The notes beneath the pieces were generated by a model. That model was not told where the DNA came from. It ran no database searches and saw only the letters and a list, made by a program, of their open reading frames with translations. A stretch of DNA of 63,243 nt, the filler included, from Reclinomonas americana ATCC 50394 (taxonomy: Eukaryota): assembly GCA_048213135.1 (NCBI GenBank). It is 2 parts of one record of this genome, joined end to end, with 100 filler letters (N's around TTAATTAATTAA, not from the genome) between each part and the next. Parts side by side here need not be neighbours in the genome. Positions count along the whole stretch, not along the records: positions 31,736 to 63,243 come from PS015306.1; 1 more part is not named here. One strand, given 5' to 3'. The translations under genes and the position numbers were made by a program. Below, in pieces: positions 38,300 to 56,359 of this stretch (its first letter is position 1; the number at the start of each line of letters is the position of its first letter).

Positions 38300-38946
38300 C
38301 TTGTTTTTGGTTTTTTTTGTTGCGACTCTCATTCGTCCTCGGATCGCAGCACTTGCTGTTCCTCGACAGATTAGATCAGTGGCGCGAAATGCTGCGCCGC
38401 GACCGCAACTCGCGTGCAGCGATTGAGATGCTTGATACGTTGTACGGGCGTCACTTTGTCGACGGCGCCAGTGACGAACTCAATCTGGTGCGAATGCATT
38501 CCACTATGTGTCGCATGCATTCACGCCTCTCTCACCTCTCTGCGAGCTACAGCCTGGCCACGTGGTCCGCCAAATCCGAGCGTCGTTCAACAACGCCACC
38601 AGCGCGTCACCGAATGCCGACGTGTTGCAACGAGTGTGCGCCGAAGAGCCACTTCCCGACCTCTCATCATTCACCGGCGAAGACACGCCTGACGACCTGG
38701 CCACCTTCACTAATCGACGATACACTGGCAGTGTGTTCTACGCAGCTGCGAAGCAGTGCCTCTTCATCTTGCGGTCAGGTTCGCCACGTCTACCTCGATC
38801 AGTACCATTCCCCGCCGGCGTGCTCATATGTTGTTGCTGTTGTCGCAGACTGCTGGGCTCGTTTCCGCACCTCACCCACGTACGTCAGATACCTCGAACA
38901 GGGCAACGAGTTGGTATTACGAACCGCCGTTGCGCTGACACTGTAG
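36597..38946 (+). CDS. 7TM-RGS protein (seven TM helices plus C-terminal regulator of G-protein signalling domain), copy 1
   Basis: Seven hydrophobic segments, RPRSPLL after TM1, LRDITDLLNVRSEL loop; RGS: VLVDPEARTLFRRHLVAQMAVEHLLF..FVDGASDELNL..VFYAAAKQCLFILRSDCWARFRTSPTY. Confidence 0.88.
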
Positions 38947-39122
38947 CACGTCTCACTCCCACCACCACCACCACCACCTAAGTCGGCGCTCTTCGAAAGA
39001 GGAACGCCATAATGAATTGATTGTTTTGAACTCTGTCGAAGTCGCACGTCGGTGTCCTCGTCGTTTTCCGCGTGCGTGCTTGCAGGAGAGAGTGTGCTTG
39101 ACTGAGTGTGTGCGTGATCGCC

Positions 39123-39181
39123 ATGGTGAGGGTTTCGATGCGCATCTGTGATCAAAACGAATAGAGAGAGGCTGACGTTGT

Positions 39182-39239
<58 letters not shown>

Positions 39240-41647
39240 TCAGAGTCATGTGATGGCAGTCAACACTGACTGCATTGTGATGATGCGCAGGATGTGCCGG
39301 GTGAAGTCTGCCAACTCACCCTGCAGGTGCTGGTTGAGATGGCGGCGACAAACTATGTTGCGACAAGCTGTTCATGTGCAGCTGTCTCTGTGATCGCTCA
39401 TCCTGTTGTCGTACGCGCGCCACAGTTGAAGCCATGCATGATCGCATTCGCAGTTGGCCTCGTTGCGGTGTACACAGTGGCTGCCTCCTTATTCCTGAGG
39501 TTGCGAGAGTGTGCGAGAGTGACCTGCTTTCGCCTTGCACTCTCTCATTCGTACACGCTGTGGCCTGCAGGTTTGCGCGCTTGCGAGCTATGCGACCTCG
39601 GTCGCCGCTGCTCACCGCACTTGGCTCCGTGGCCATGGGCGTCACTGGCGTGTTCTCGCTGACATTCATCTTCCGCCCACACTGCGTTTTACTGGTGTTT
39701 TTGTTGCCGGGTCCCATTGTGTTTCTTGGATCACAGGTCGGTCAGCATTCGCACAGTCCCTGTGGTTGATATCTGACCCTGCTGTTTCCGCCGCAGTTTC
39801 TGCGAGCTCTGCGACTGTTGGCACTCTTCCGCACCTCGCGCAAACAGTTCTTGCGTTACTTGCAAGACGCGGGTAACGCAGCGGATCCCTCTTCATCCGC
39901 TGACAAGCTCACTCCGCGAGTGGTCAAGCCGCAGCTCGCTTTGTTCGGACGGTCGTCGTTCATTGCCGAGTCGTTCTACGTGCATCTACTTCTGGGCGTC
40001 GTTGTGGTGGCGCTGGGCACAATTGCTATTGTTCTCAGCGTGCGCATCCCGAATCTGTGGGATCCCAGCACAGCGTTGACGGACACGCAAGTGTGCGCGT
40101 GTTACTCCGCAGCTCACGACACGCTGACGGGCACAACTGTTGCATGTTGCGTGTAATTGTATGTGTTCTCCGCACTCGTGCATGAGTTCACCATGCTGCT
40201 GTACAGATATTATCCTGTCGTCAGTACTGTTGCTTACGTGCTACTGGCTGCGCGACATTAACGACTTGCTGAATGTGCGCTCCGAACTGCTGCTGGTCGG
40301 TGCCACCAACTTGCCTTCTGGGATATGTGCGTCGGCGAGATGATCTGCACATGTACCACATGCCTTGCTTGTCTCGCGTCTCACCCGGCTCTTATTTGCA
40401 GTAACCCTCATCATCTGGGTCGCTCGAAGCAACCCACCTGCATGGGCGTATGTGCTCTGCATTGCGCTGCTGCTTGCTGTGACGCTTGCCGGCTCCGCGT
40501 ACATGCTACATTACACGCTTGCCGACAACCGTCTGCGCAGTCGATGGGATGCCGTGGCGGCGTCGGTGGGCAAACTGGAAGAGCCGCTTGTCGACGGTCA
40601 ACGGAGCGGCTTCTGCTCAGTATTGGTGGACGAAGAGGCACGAGCCCTTTTCCGTCAGCATCTGGTCTCACAGATGGCCGTCGAGGNNNNNNNNNNNNNN
40701 NNNNNNNNNNNNNNNNNNNNNNNNNNNNNNNNNNNNNNNNNNNNNNNNNNNNNNNNNNNNNNNNNNNNNNNNNNNNNNNNNNNNNNNNNNNNNNNNNNNN
40801 NNNNNNNNNNNNNNNNNNNNNNNNNNNNNNNNNNNNNNNNNNNNNNNNNNNNNNNNNNNNNNNNNNNNNNNNNNNNNNNNNNNNNNNNNNNNNNNNNNNN
40901 NNNNNNNNNNNNNNNNNNNNNNNNNNNNNNNNNNNNNNNNNNNNNNNNNNNNNNNNNNNNNNNNNNNNNNNNNNNNNNNNNNNNNNNNNNNNNNNNNNNN
41001 NNNNNNNNNNNNNNNNNNNNNNNNNNNNNNNNNNNNNNNNNNNNNNNNNNNNNNNNNNNNNNNNNNNNNNNNNNNNNNNNNNNNNNNNNNNNNNNNNNNN
41101 NNNNNNNNNTGCGATCGAGATGCTCGATACGCTGTACGGACGCCACTTTGTCAGCGGTGCCAGTGACGAACTCAATCTGGTACGCATGGGCAAAACAAAG
41201 TGTGTGTCATGGTGTTAACGTTCACGCCTCTCTCACCTCGAGGTCGATGGCATACAGCCTGGCCATGTGGTCCGTCAGATCCGGGCCTCGTTCGGCAATG
41301 CCGCGGACGCATCACCGGACACCGATGTGTTGCAACGTGTGTGCGCCGACGAGCCCCTTCCCAACCCGTCATCGTTCACCGCGGAAGACACGCCCGACGA
41401 CCTGGCCACCTTCACCAACCGACGATACACCGGCAGTGTGTTCTTCACGGCCGCCAAGCAGTGCCTCTTCATCTTGCGGTCAGGTACGCGACGCCTACCA
41501 CCTGCAATGCCGTCTTCCACTAGTCTCTCATTGTTGCTGTCTGTCGCAGACTGCTGGGCTCGCTTCCGCACCTCGCCGACGTACGTCAAATACCTGGAAC
41601 AGGGCAACGAACTGGCATTACGAACTGCCGTTGCATTGACGCTGTAA
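39123..41647 (+). CDS. 7TM-RGS protein, copy 2 (gap inside the RGS domain)
   Basis: Same exon structure and motifs as copy 1. Confidence 0.88.
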
Positions 41648-41828
41648 TGTGCTACAATCCACCAATCCTAGCCGGTGTCCTTGTGAAAGAGGAACACCAT
41701 AATGAACTCGTTGTTTAAGTTGTTGTTGTGCATGCACCACACGCTGCGGTTTCGGACAAGCATTCATTGGTTGTCGTCCGCTGCGCTGTGTTTGTGTGTT
41801 GCGCGACGAGTGCGTGTTTGTGCTCGTC

Positions 41829-44017
41829 ATGGTGAGTGGTTTCGAGTGAGAAACGCAGACAAGGAACGTGTGTGTGCGAGAGAGAGAGAGAGCAGAGAAG
41901 GCATCACAGACGCCTCGTCTGCTTGTCACCGCTTGACTGCGTTGATGCTGTGCAGAACACGCCCAGTGAACAGTGCCAACTCACGTTGCAGGTGCTGCGT
42001 GAGATCGCAGGGGCGAGCTATGTTGCGTCAGTCTCACTTGCATGTGTGTGATTGCCCGTGATTGCTCATCCAATCGCGCACTAGTTGAAACCGAGTGTGA
42101 TTGCAGTCTCCATCTCACTCGTTGCGCTGTACTCTGTAACTTCTGCTGGGTTCCTCACGTTGCGTGCACCAGAAGGAGAGAGAAAAAGAGAGAGAGACCC
42201 GCTCTCACTTTCCGCATGCGTAGGTATGCTCGCCTGCGAGCGCTGCGACCTCGGTCGCCACTGCTCACTGCACTAGGCTTCGTGGCCATGGCTATCACCA
42301 GTGTGTTCTTGTTGGCGTTCATCTTCCGGCCACACTGCCTCATGCTGGTGTTTGCGCTGCCGGGTACGATTGTGCTTCTGGCGTCGCAGGTACTGGTCTT
42401 TGTTCTGACAACACCCTTGGAGATGATAACTGACCCGTCCCCTCGCCACAGTTTCTGCGCGCTCTCCGACTGCTGGCCCTCTTCCGAACGTCACGCAAGC
42501 AGTTCCTGCGTTATTTGCAAGACGTCGACACCTCGGTGGATCCTTCAGCCTCCATCGCAACACTCACCCCACGCCTGGTCAAGTCGCAACCCGCGCTGTT
42601 TGGGAAAGCATCTTTCATTGCCGAGTCGTTCTACGTGTATGTGCTTCTCGGTGTTGTGGTGGCGGCACTCGGCGCCATCGCCATCGTTCTCAGCTTACGC
42701 ATCCCGAATCTGTGGAACCCCAACGCGGCGCTGACAGACATTGAAGTGTGTGATTGCTATCATGCGGCACACGACACTGTGACGGGCACCACTGTCGCAT
42801 GTTGCGTTTGCATGCCCCTGTTCTCCTTCACGCACGTGCACGAGTTGACCGTGCTGCTGTGGGGTGCAGATATTCTCCTGTCGGCAATGCTGTTACTGAC
42901 ATGCTACTGGCTGCGCGACATTAACGACTTGCTGAACGTGCGCTCCGAGATTCTGCTGGTCGGCGCCACCAACTTGCCCTCTGGTACATGTGCGTCGGCG
43001 GGTTGATTGTCTATACTGCCGTGCCTGTCTCGTGTCTCACATGGCCCCCCACCATTCGCAGTGACGCTCATTCTGTGGGTGATGGACAAGAACCCGCCTG
43101 CCTGGGCCTACGTCGCGAACGGCGTGCTGTTGGTCGTGGTGACGGCGGCCTGCTCGTTGTACATTTTGTACTACACCATGGCAGACAACCGTCTGCGCAG
43201 TCGATGGGACGCTGTGGCGGCGTCGGTGGGCAAACTCGAGGAGCCGCTTGTGGGTAGCCAACGGAGCGGTTTCTGCTCGGTCTTGGTGGACGAAGAAGCG
43301 CGAGCCCTTTTCCGTCAACATCTGGTCTCGCAAATGGCTGTCGAGGTGTGTGTTTGGGGGGGAAGGGATACTCGTCCTGGTTGTTTGATGTTCAAATCCC
43401 TCCCTCGGATCGCAGCACTTGCTGTTCCTCGACAGGTTAGATCAGTGGCGAGAGATGCTGCGCCGCGATCGCAATTCGCGTGCTGCGATCGAGATGCTCG
43501 ACACACTGTACGGACGCCACTTTGTCAGCGGTGCCAGTGACGAGCTCAATCTGGTACGCATGCGCAAAACAAAGTGTCATTGTTTCGCGGGTTCCTGACC
43601 TCGATCGAGCTACATGTACAGCCGGGCCACGTGGTCCGTCAGATCCGAGCGTCGTTCAGCAACGCCGCGAACGCCTTACCGGACACCAATGTGCTGCAAA
43701 GAGTGTGCGCCGACGAGCCCCTTCCCAACCCGTCCTCGTTCACCGCCGAAGACACGCCCGACGACCTGGCCACCTTCACCAATCGACGATACACCGGCAG
43801 TGTTTTCTTTACGGCCGCCAAGCAGTGCCTCTTCATCTTGCGATCAGGTACGCAATGCCTACCACCACCAGCACCGTCCTCCATGGCTGTTCGCTCACTT
43901 GTTGTTGTTGTTGCCGCAGACTGCTGGGCTCGTTTCCGCACCTCCCCGACGTACGTCAAATACCTGGAACAGGGCAACGAACTGGCATTACGAACTGCCG
44001 TTGCACTGACACTGTAA
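41829..44017 (+). CDS. 7TM-RGS protein, copy 3
   Basis: Same exon structure and motifs as copy 1. Confidence 0.88.
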
Positions 44018-45240
44018 TCCGCCCCGTCCTTGTAAAAGAGGTACACCATAATGTAATCGCTGCGATTTAATTGTCTTCATGTTGTTGACTCACTCTTCAG
44101 TGTTTCCAATCATGGTGAGCACTCACACACTCTGCTCCCATCTCACTCACACACTAACACGCCACTTCCAGTTGCCACTGTCGCTGCTTCGAGCAGCAGT
44201 CAACTCGCACATCGTTACGCCACTCACACACACACACACGCACATGCATGCACATCACTCTTTCCCACTCACTCTGNNNNNNNNNNNNNNNNNNNNNNNN
44301 NNNNNNNNNNNNNNNNNNNNNNNNNNNNNNNNNNNNNNNNNNNNNNNNNNNNNNNNNNNNNNNNNNNNNNNNNNNNNNNNNNNNNNNNNNNNNNNNNNNN
44401 NNNNNNNNNNNNNNNNNNNNNNNNNNNNNNNNNNNNNNNNNNNNNNNNNNNNNNNNNNNNNNNNNNNNNNNNNNNNNNNNNNNNNNNNNNNNNNNNNNNN
44501 NNNNNNNNNNNNNNNNNNNNNNNNNNNNNNNNNNNNNNNNNNNNNNNNNNNNNNNNNNNNNNNNNNNNNNNNNNNNNNNNNNNNNNNNNNNNNNNNNNNN
44601 NNNNNNNNNNNNNNNNNNNNNNNNNNNNNNNNNNNNNNNNNNNNNNNNNNNNNNNNNNNNNNNNNNNNNNNNNNNNNNNNNNNNNNNNNNNNNNNNNNNN
44701 NNNNNNNNNNNNNNNNNNNNNNNNNNNNNNNNNNNNNNNNNNNNNNNNNNNNNNNNNNNNNNNNNNNNNNNNNNNNNNNNNNNNNNNNNNNNNNNNNNNN
44801 NNNNNNNNNNNNNNNNNNNNNNNNNNNNNNNNNNNNNNNNNNNNNNNNNNNNNNNNNNNNNNNNNNNNNNNNNNNNNNNNNNNNNNNNNNNNNNNNNNNN
44901 NNNNNNNNNNNNNNNNNNNNNNNNNNNNNNNNNNNNNNNNNNNNNNNNNNNNNNNNNNNNNNNNNNNNNNNNNNNNNNNNNNNNNNNNNNNNNNNNNNNN
45001 NNNNNNNNNNNNNNNNNNNNNNNNNNNNNNNNNNNNNNNNNNNNNNNNNNNNNNNNNNNNNNNNNNNNNNNNNNNNNNNNNNNNNNNNNNNNNNNNNNNN
45101 NNNNNNNNNNNNNNNNNNNNNNNNNNNNNNNNNNNNNNNNNNNNNNNNNNNNNNNNNNNNNNNNNNNNNNNNNNNNNNNNNNNNNNNNNNNNNNNNNNNN
45201 NNNNNNNNNNNNNNNNNNNNNNNNNNNNNNNNNNNNNNNN

Positions 45241-45763
45241 CGCACCGGCCACCACCGCCACCACCGCGGACACCACCACCACCGCGTCCGCGTCCACCTC
45301 GCGTGCCAGCCGGTCGCACATTCCGATCCTTTTTCTCTACACACGCACATGGTTGACACACACAGACAGAGACAGAGAGAGACAAGCGGCAAAACGCACT
45401 CTGCATGTCGTCCTTGACCGAGTCAATGAGCTCGTCGTTGGCGCGAATGTACTTGATCGTGTTGCCACGAATGTAGCACTCGCTCATCTTCCAGAAGCTG
45501 GCATAGACAGTGAGTGTGTGTGCGTGAGAGAAAGAGTGAGAGTACATGTGCCTCTGTGCGCACGCACCGTACGTTGGTTGGATCGCGTGCGTCTGTGACA
45601 ATGACTTGTCGCAACACAATGTTCATCCACGAGTCACACGAGATCAACAGTCCATTGTATGTCTGACCTCCCCCTCCACAGTGAGTGCAAGTAAGCGCGC
45701 ACTGACTGAGCTTGTGTGCAATGCACTCACCTCGCCGTTCTTCAGCTCGACCATCTGTGCGCG
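45241..45763 (-). CDS. LSM4: U6 snRNA-associated Sm-like protein LSm4, partial
   Basis: [44 protein letters not shown]-rich tail. Confidence 0.9.
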
Positions 45764-46828
45764 NNNNNNNNNNNNNNNNNNNNNNNNNNNNNNNNNNNNN
45801 NNNNNNNNNNNNNNNNNNNNNNNNNNNNNNNNNNNNNNNNNNNNNNNNNNNNNNNNNNNNNNNNNNNNNNNNNNNNNNNNNNNNNNNNNNNNNNNNNNNN
45901 NNNNNNNNNNNNNNNNNNNNNNNNNNNNNNNNNNNNNNNNNNNNNNNNNNNNNNNNNNNNNNNNNNNNNNNNNNNNNNNNNNNNNNNNNNNNNNNNNNNN
46001 NNNNNNNNNNNNNNNNNNNNNNNNNNNNNNNNNNNNNNNNNNNNNNNNNNNNNNNNNNNNNNNNNNNNNNNNNNNNNNNNNNNNNNNNNNNNNNNNNNNN
46101 NNNNNNNNNNNNNNNNNNNNNNNNNNNNNNNNNNNNNNNNNNNNNNNNNNNNNNNNNNNNNNNNNNNNNNNNNNNNNNNNNNNNNNNNNNNNNNNNNNNN
46201 NNNNNNNNNNNNNNNNNNNNNNNNNNNNNNNNNNNNNNNNNNNNNNNNNNNNNNNNNNNNNNNNNNNNNNNNNNNNNNNNNNNNNNNNNNNNNNNNNNNN
46301 NNNNNNNNNNNNNNNNNNNNNNNNNNNNNNNNNNNNNNNNNNNNNNNNNNNNNNNNNNNNNNNNNNNNNNNNNNNNNNNNNNNNNNNNNNNNNNNNNNNN
46401 NNNNNNNNNNNNNNNNNNNNNNNNNNNNNNNNNNNNNNNNNNNNNNNNNNNNNNNNNNNNNNNNNNNNNNNNNNNNNNNNNNNNNNNNNNNNNNNNNNNN
46501 NNNNNNNNNNNNNNNNNNNNNNNNNNNNNNNNNNNNNNNNNNNNNNNNNNNNNNNNNNNNNNNNNNNNNNNNNNNNNNNNNNNNNNNNNNNNNNNNNNNN
46601 NNNNNNNNNNNNNNNNNNNNNNNNNNNNNNNNNNNNNNNNNNNNNNNNNNNNNNNNNNNNNNNNNNNNNNNNNNNNNNNNNNNNNNNNNNNNNNNNNNNN
46701 NNNNNNNNNNNNNNNNNNNNNNNNNNNNNNNNNNNNNNNNNNNNNNNNNNNNNNNNNNNNNNNTGGGGGGCCGAGACCCTGCTTGTCATACTACATGTGC
46801 GTGTGTGCTCACTTGAGTGCTTGCTGCA

Positions 46829-46878
46829 GGGGCGGTGGCGGCGGCCGTGGCGGCGGACGCGGTGGAGGTCGGGGGTGA
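46829..46878 (+). CDS. Probable last exon of LSM4 (RGG tail)
   Basis: After a cag acceptor, encodes GGGGGRGGGRGGGRG-stop; opposite strand to the LSM4 body, consistent with a flipped contig. Confidence 0.55.
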
Positions 46879-47051
46879 TTTGCTTGTAGGTTCTCTCCCA
46901 TTGCCAGTCTCTTCGCTGTCGAATGTATGCACGCTAGCGGGGCAAGTAACACTCTGATTGTCGTACACTGTTTTCGGGTCTCACCGCACACGCGTTGCTG
47001 TGCAAGAGAGTGGGAGAGGATTGAGGCGAGGAGAACTACAGGGCGGCGTGG

Positions 47052-48048
47052 TCACACTTGTCGAAAAACGCAACGTTTCTCGGCATCGATCTTGGTCTTG
47101 AGAGCGAGCGCGCAGTAGCTCGCCAGCACCTGGATCATGCTGTAGACCACGAGAATGGCGGTGCCCACGGCGAGGATGGTCTTGTCCTGATCACAGATCT
47201 GCAGAACACACTAGCGTTGGTGTGCGGGAGAGGAGGATTGTGTTGTGCAGCGTTGTTGCGCACCTCCTTGGGGAAGGCCTTGCAGCCTGTGCCTTGCAGG
47301 TCCTTGGCTGCACAGAGCACACACATATACCCAGTGAGCTCGACCTCACAAACATCAAATCATTAGCGCACGCTCACACCTGTGCACGTGTTTGTGGCGA
47401 TGCACGGAAGCTTGTCACACTACGGCCCACCCCCAGACACAGACACGATGAGTTCCAGCCTCCTTCAGCCGCAGCGATCGCCGCTCAAAGAGACGCAACG
47501 TGTCTCCAGTCGGCATAGTTGAAGTCACATCCCACCGACAGCACCGTGAAGCCAATGAGGAAGGCGGCAACGACCACAGTCAACGACAACACACTCGACA
47601 AGTAGTACTGCGGGGACAGGTGAGACTCGCTCATTCTCTCTTCTTGCTTCCCACTCAAGACGCAACATACAGCAGCATACTTCGGTACCCACAACATGAG
47701 CCAATGATGCCCAGCAGCGCTGGTATGAACAACAACGAGCCTGCGCCAACAACAGGTAAGAGCTCTGAAGAGATGATAGATGAGAGAGAGCAGCACACTC
47801 ACCCGCACACAGTCCACCAATGAAGGTAAAGTCATGACGATGACCCTCCAGCACAACAAACACAATCAGTCCAATGCTGCCAAGCTGCGCACAGTGTGTC
47901 AGAGAAAGAGTGAAGGAATGAATGAGTGAAAGAAACACGCAACTGCTTGGAAAATGGAGAGAAAGTACACGCCACACTCCAGTGCGCGACGGCCTTTTCC
48001 CTGTCTCCCACGCTCCTCGGGGAGTTTACGATGCCGTGGACCTGACAT
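47052..48048 (-). CDS. Four-TM membrane protein, tetraspanin-like topology
   Basis: Spliced hydrophobic helices VYFLSIFQALGSIGLIVFVV, GAGSLLFIPALLGIIGSCC, YYLSSVLSLTVVVAAFLIGF, a Cys-containing loop, then ILAVGTAILVVYSMIQVLASYCAL. Confidence 0.55.
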
Positions 48049-48139
48049 CCCTCACTGACGATGATTTTTCGCGCGCACAACGAACAGAAGCAACAACAAC
48101 GAAGCAGGACACGAGTGGATATCGCGAGCGACAAGACGT

Positions 48140-49111
48140 TCATTGCCGGTGCGGTAATCTGGGCGGAGGTGCCAGACGAGCAAGCTGCGCATCGTCGACT
48201 TCCTCCATGGCGCGCGGGGCATCGTCGTCGCCATCGCCGTTCTTGCGAGCGGAGGCCCGAGCGCGACGTCGCGAACGTCGATCCTCGCGTGCCTCCAGCT
48301 CCATCGACATGCGAGCCTCGCGTACGACGGGCTGCAAGCCGCGCTTCTTCTGCTTCTTCAGGCGCTTCGCCAGGACCACACGAAGCGGTCCTTTCAGTGC
48401 TGCAATGGTCTCCTCCGGCTTGACTTTCGGTGGCATCGAACCAGAGGACGCCGACAGCGGATCGTCCATGGCCAGCACCGCCTCAAAGTGCGCCTGTTGC
48501 TCGCATGTGGCCAACTCGGCGGCATGTCGCGCTGTCTGCTCCTCCTCCAAGGTCTTGCATTGCAAGAGAATGCTCTTTCGCGCGTCCTTTTGCGATCGAT
48601 GCGCACGAAGCCTGCCTGTCGTGGTCAGAGAGATAAAGGTAATCGGCAACAGCCGCACAACGCACCGATCATTACGCAGCGCGCGGATCTGTGCACGCAG
48701 CGCCTTCCACTCGCGCTTGTGTCGTTGCAGGATTTGACCGCGTGTCTCTGGCCGATCGCCATTCATGACCACTTCCTCCTCTTCCTCCTCCTCATCGTCA
48801 TCATCGTCGTCATCGTATTCATCATCATCCACATCCACATCATCGTCGACAGCACGTCCACTGCCAGTCATCATCTCGTCGTCACCGTCCTCGATCATTC
48901 TCCACTCGGCGGCCACCGCCTTCTTCTTGTGCGATTGATGAGTCTGTTGTTGCTGGTGGTGGTGCTGTTGCTGCTGTTGCTGCTTCTGCTTCCGCGCCAG
49001 TTGCACGCGGCGCTTGAGACGATCGACCAGTGTCACTCGCTCACTACCCGTCATCTCCGCATCACCATCGTCATCCACGTGAGCATCGTCGACCATTGCT
49101 TGTGATGGCAT
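48140..49111 (-). CDS. Charged low-complexity/coiled-coil protein with an OTU2/OTUD6-like N-terminal helical motif
   Basis: Long ORF with polyQ and acidic tracts; ETRGQILQRHKREWKALRAQI..RKSILLQCKTLEEEQTARHAAEL. Confidence 0.5.
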   Translation of the reverse strand: MPSQAMVDDAHVDDDGDAEMTGSERVTLVDRLKRRVQLARKQKQQQQQQHHHQQQQTHQSHKKKAVAAEWRMIEDGDDEMMTGSGRAVDDDVDVDDDEYDDDDDDDEEEEEEEVVMNGDRPETRGQILQRHKREWKALRAQIRALRNDRCVVRLLPITFISLTTTGRLRAHRSQKDARKSILLQCKTLEEEQTARHAAELATCEQQAHFEAVLAMDDPLSASSGSMPPKVKPEETIAALKGPLRVVLAKRLKKQKKRGLQPVVREARMSMELEAREDRRSRRRARASARKNGDGDDDAPRAMEEVDDAQLARLAPPPRLPHRQ

Positions 49112-49344
49112 GTACGTTGGCTGGTGGCGCACGCGCCGTGAGAGACGCGGACCCGACTGACGTGGCATTGTTTTCTGGGAGTGGTGGTGGGCAAGTCAGT
49201 GATGTGAATGTGCACATGGCGGCGCGACTTGGCACGCCCGACACGCGCGCGCATGCTGACATCGGTGCGCTAATATGTGTACGTGTGTATGTGCGGGTGT
49301 GTGGTCTACGCACCACAGCAACCGGAACGCGTGTCGGGGGTCGT

Positions 49345-56137
<6,793 letters not shown>

Positions 56138-56359
56138 CGTCGAATCGGGGCAAGCAAGCGCGAAGCAGCTCCATCACAGCTGCAGATCGAGGCGCCTTTT
56201 GGCCCTGCTCAACAGAAATAGAGACGCTTGCGTAGACGCTGCGTGCTGAGAGGAAACGCAGCAGACCACATCGTAGAAACCGCGTGAAGTGAAAGTTCGA
56301 TATCACTCGTCAGGCAGGGGTTGTGAGGAGCAAGGGGGGCGGCGGATGCGTGTTGTGAC

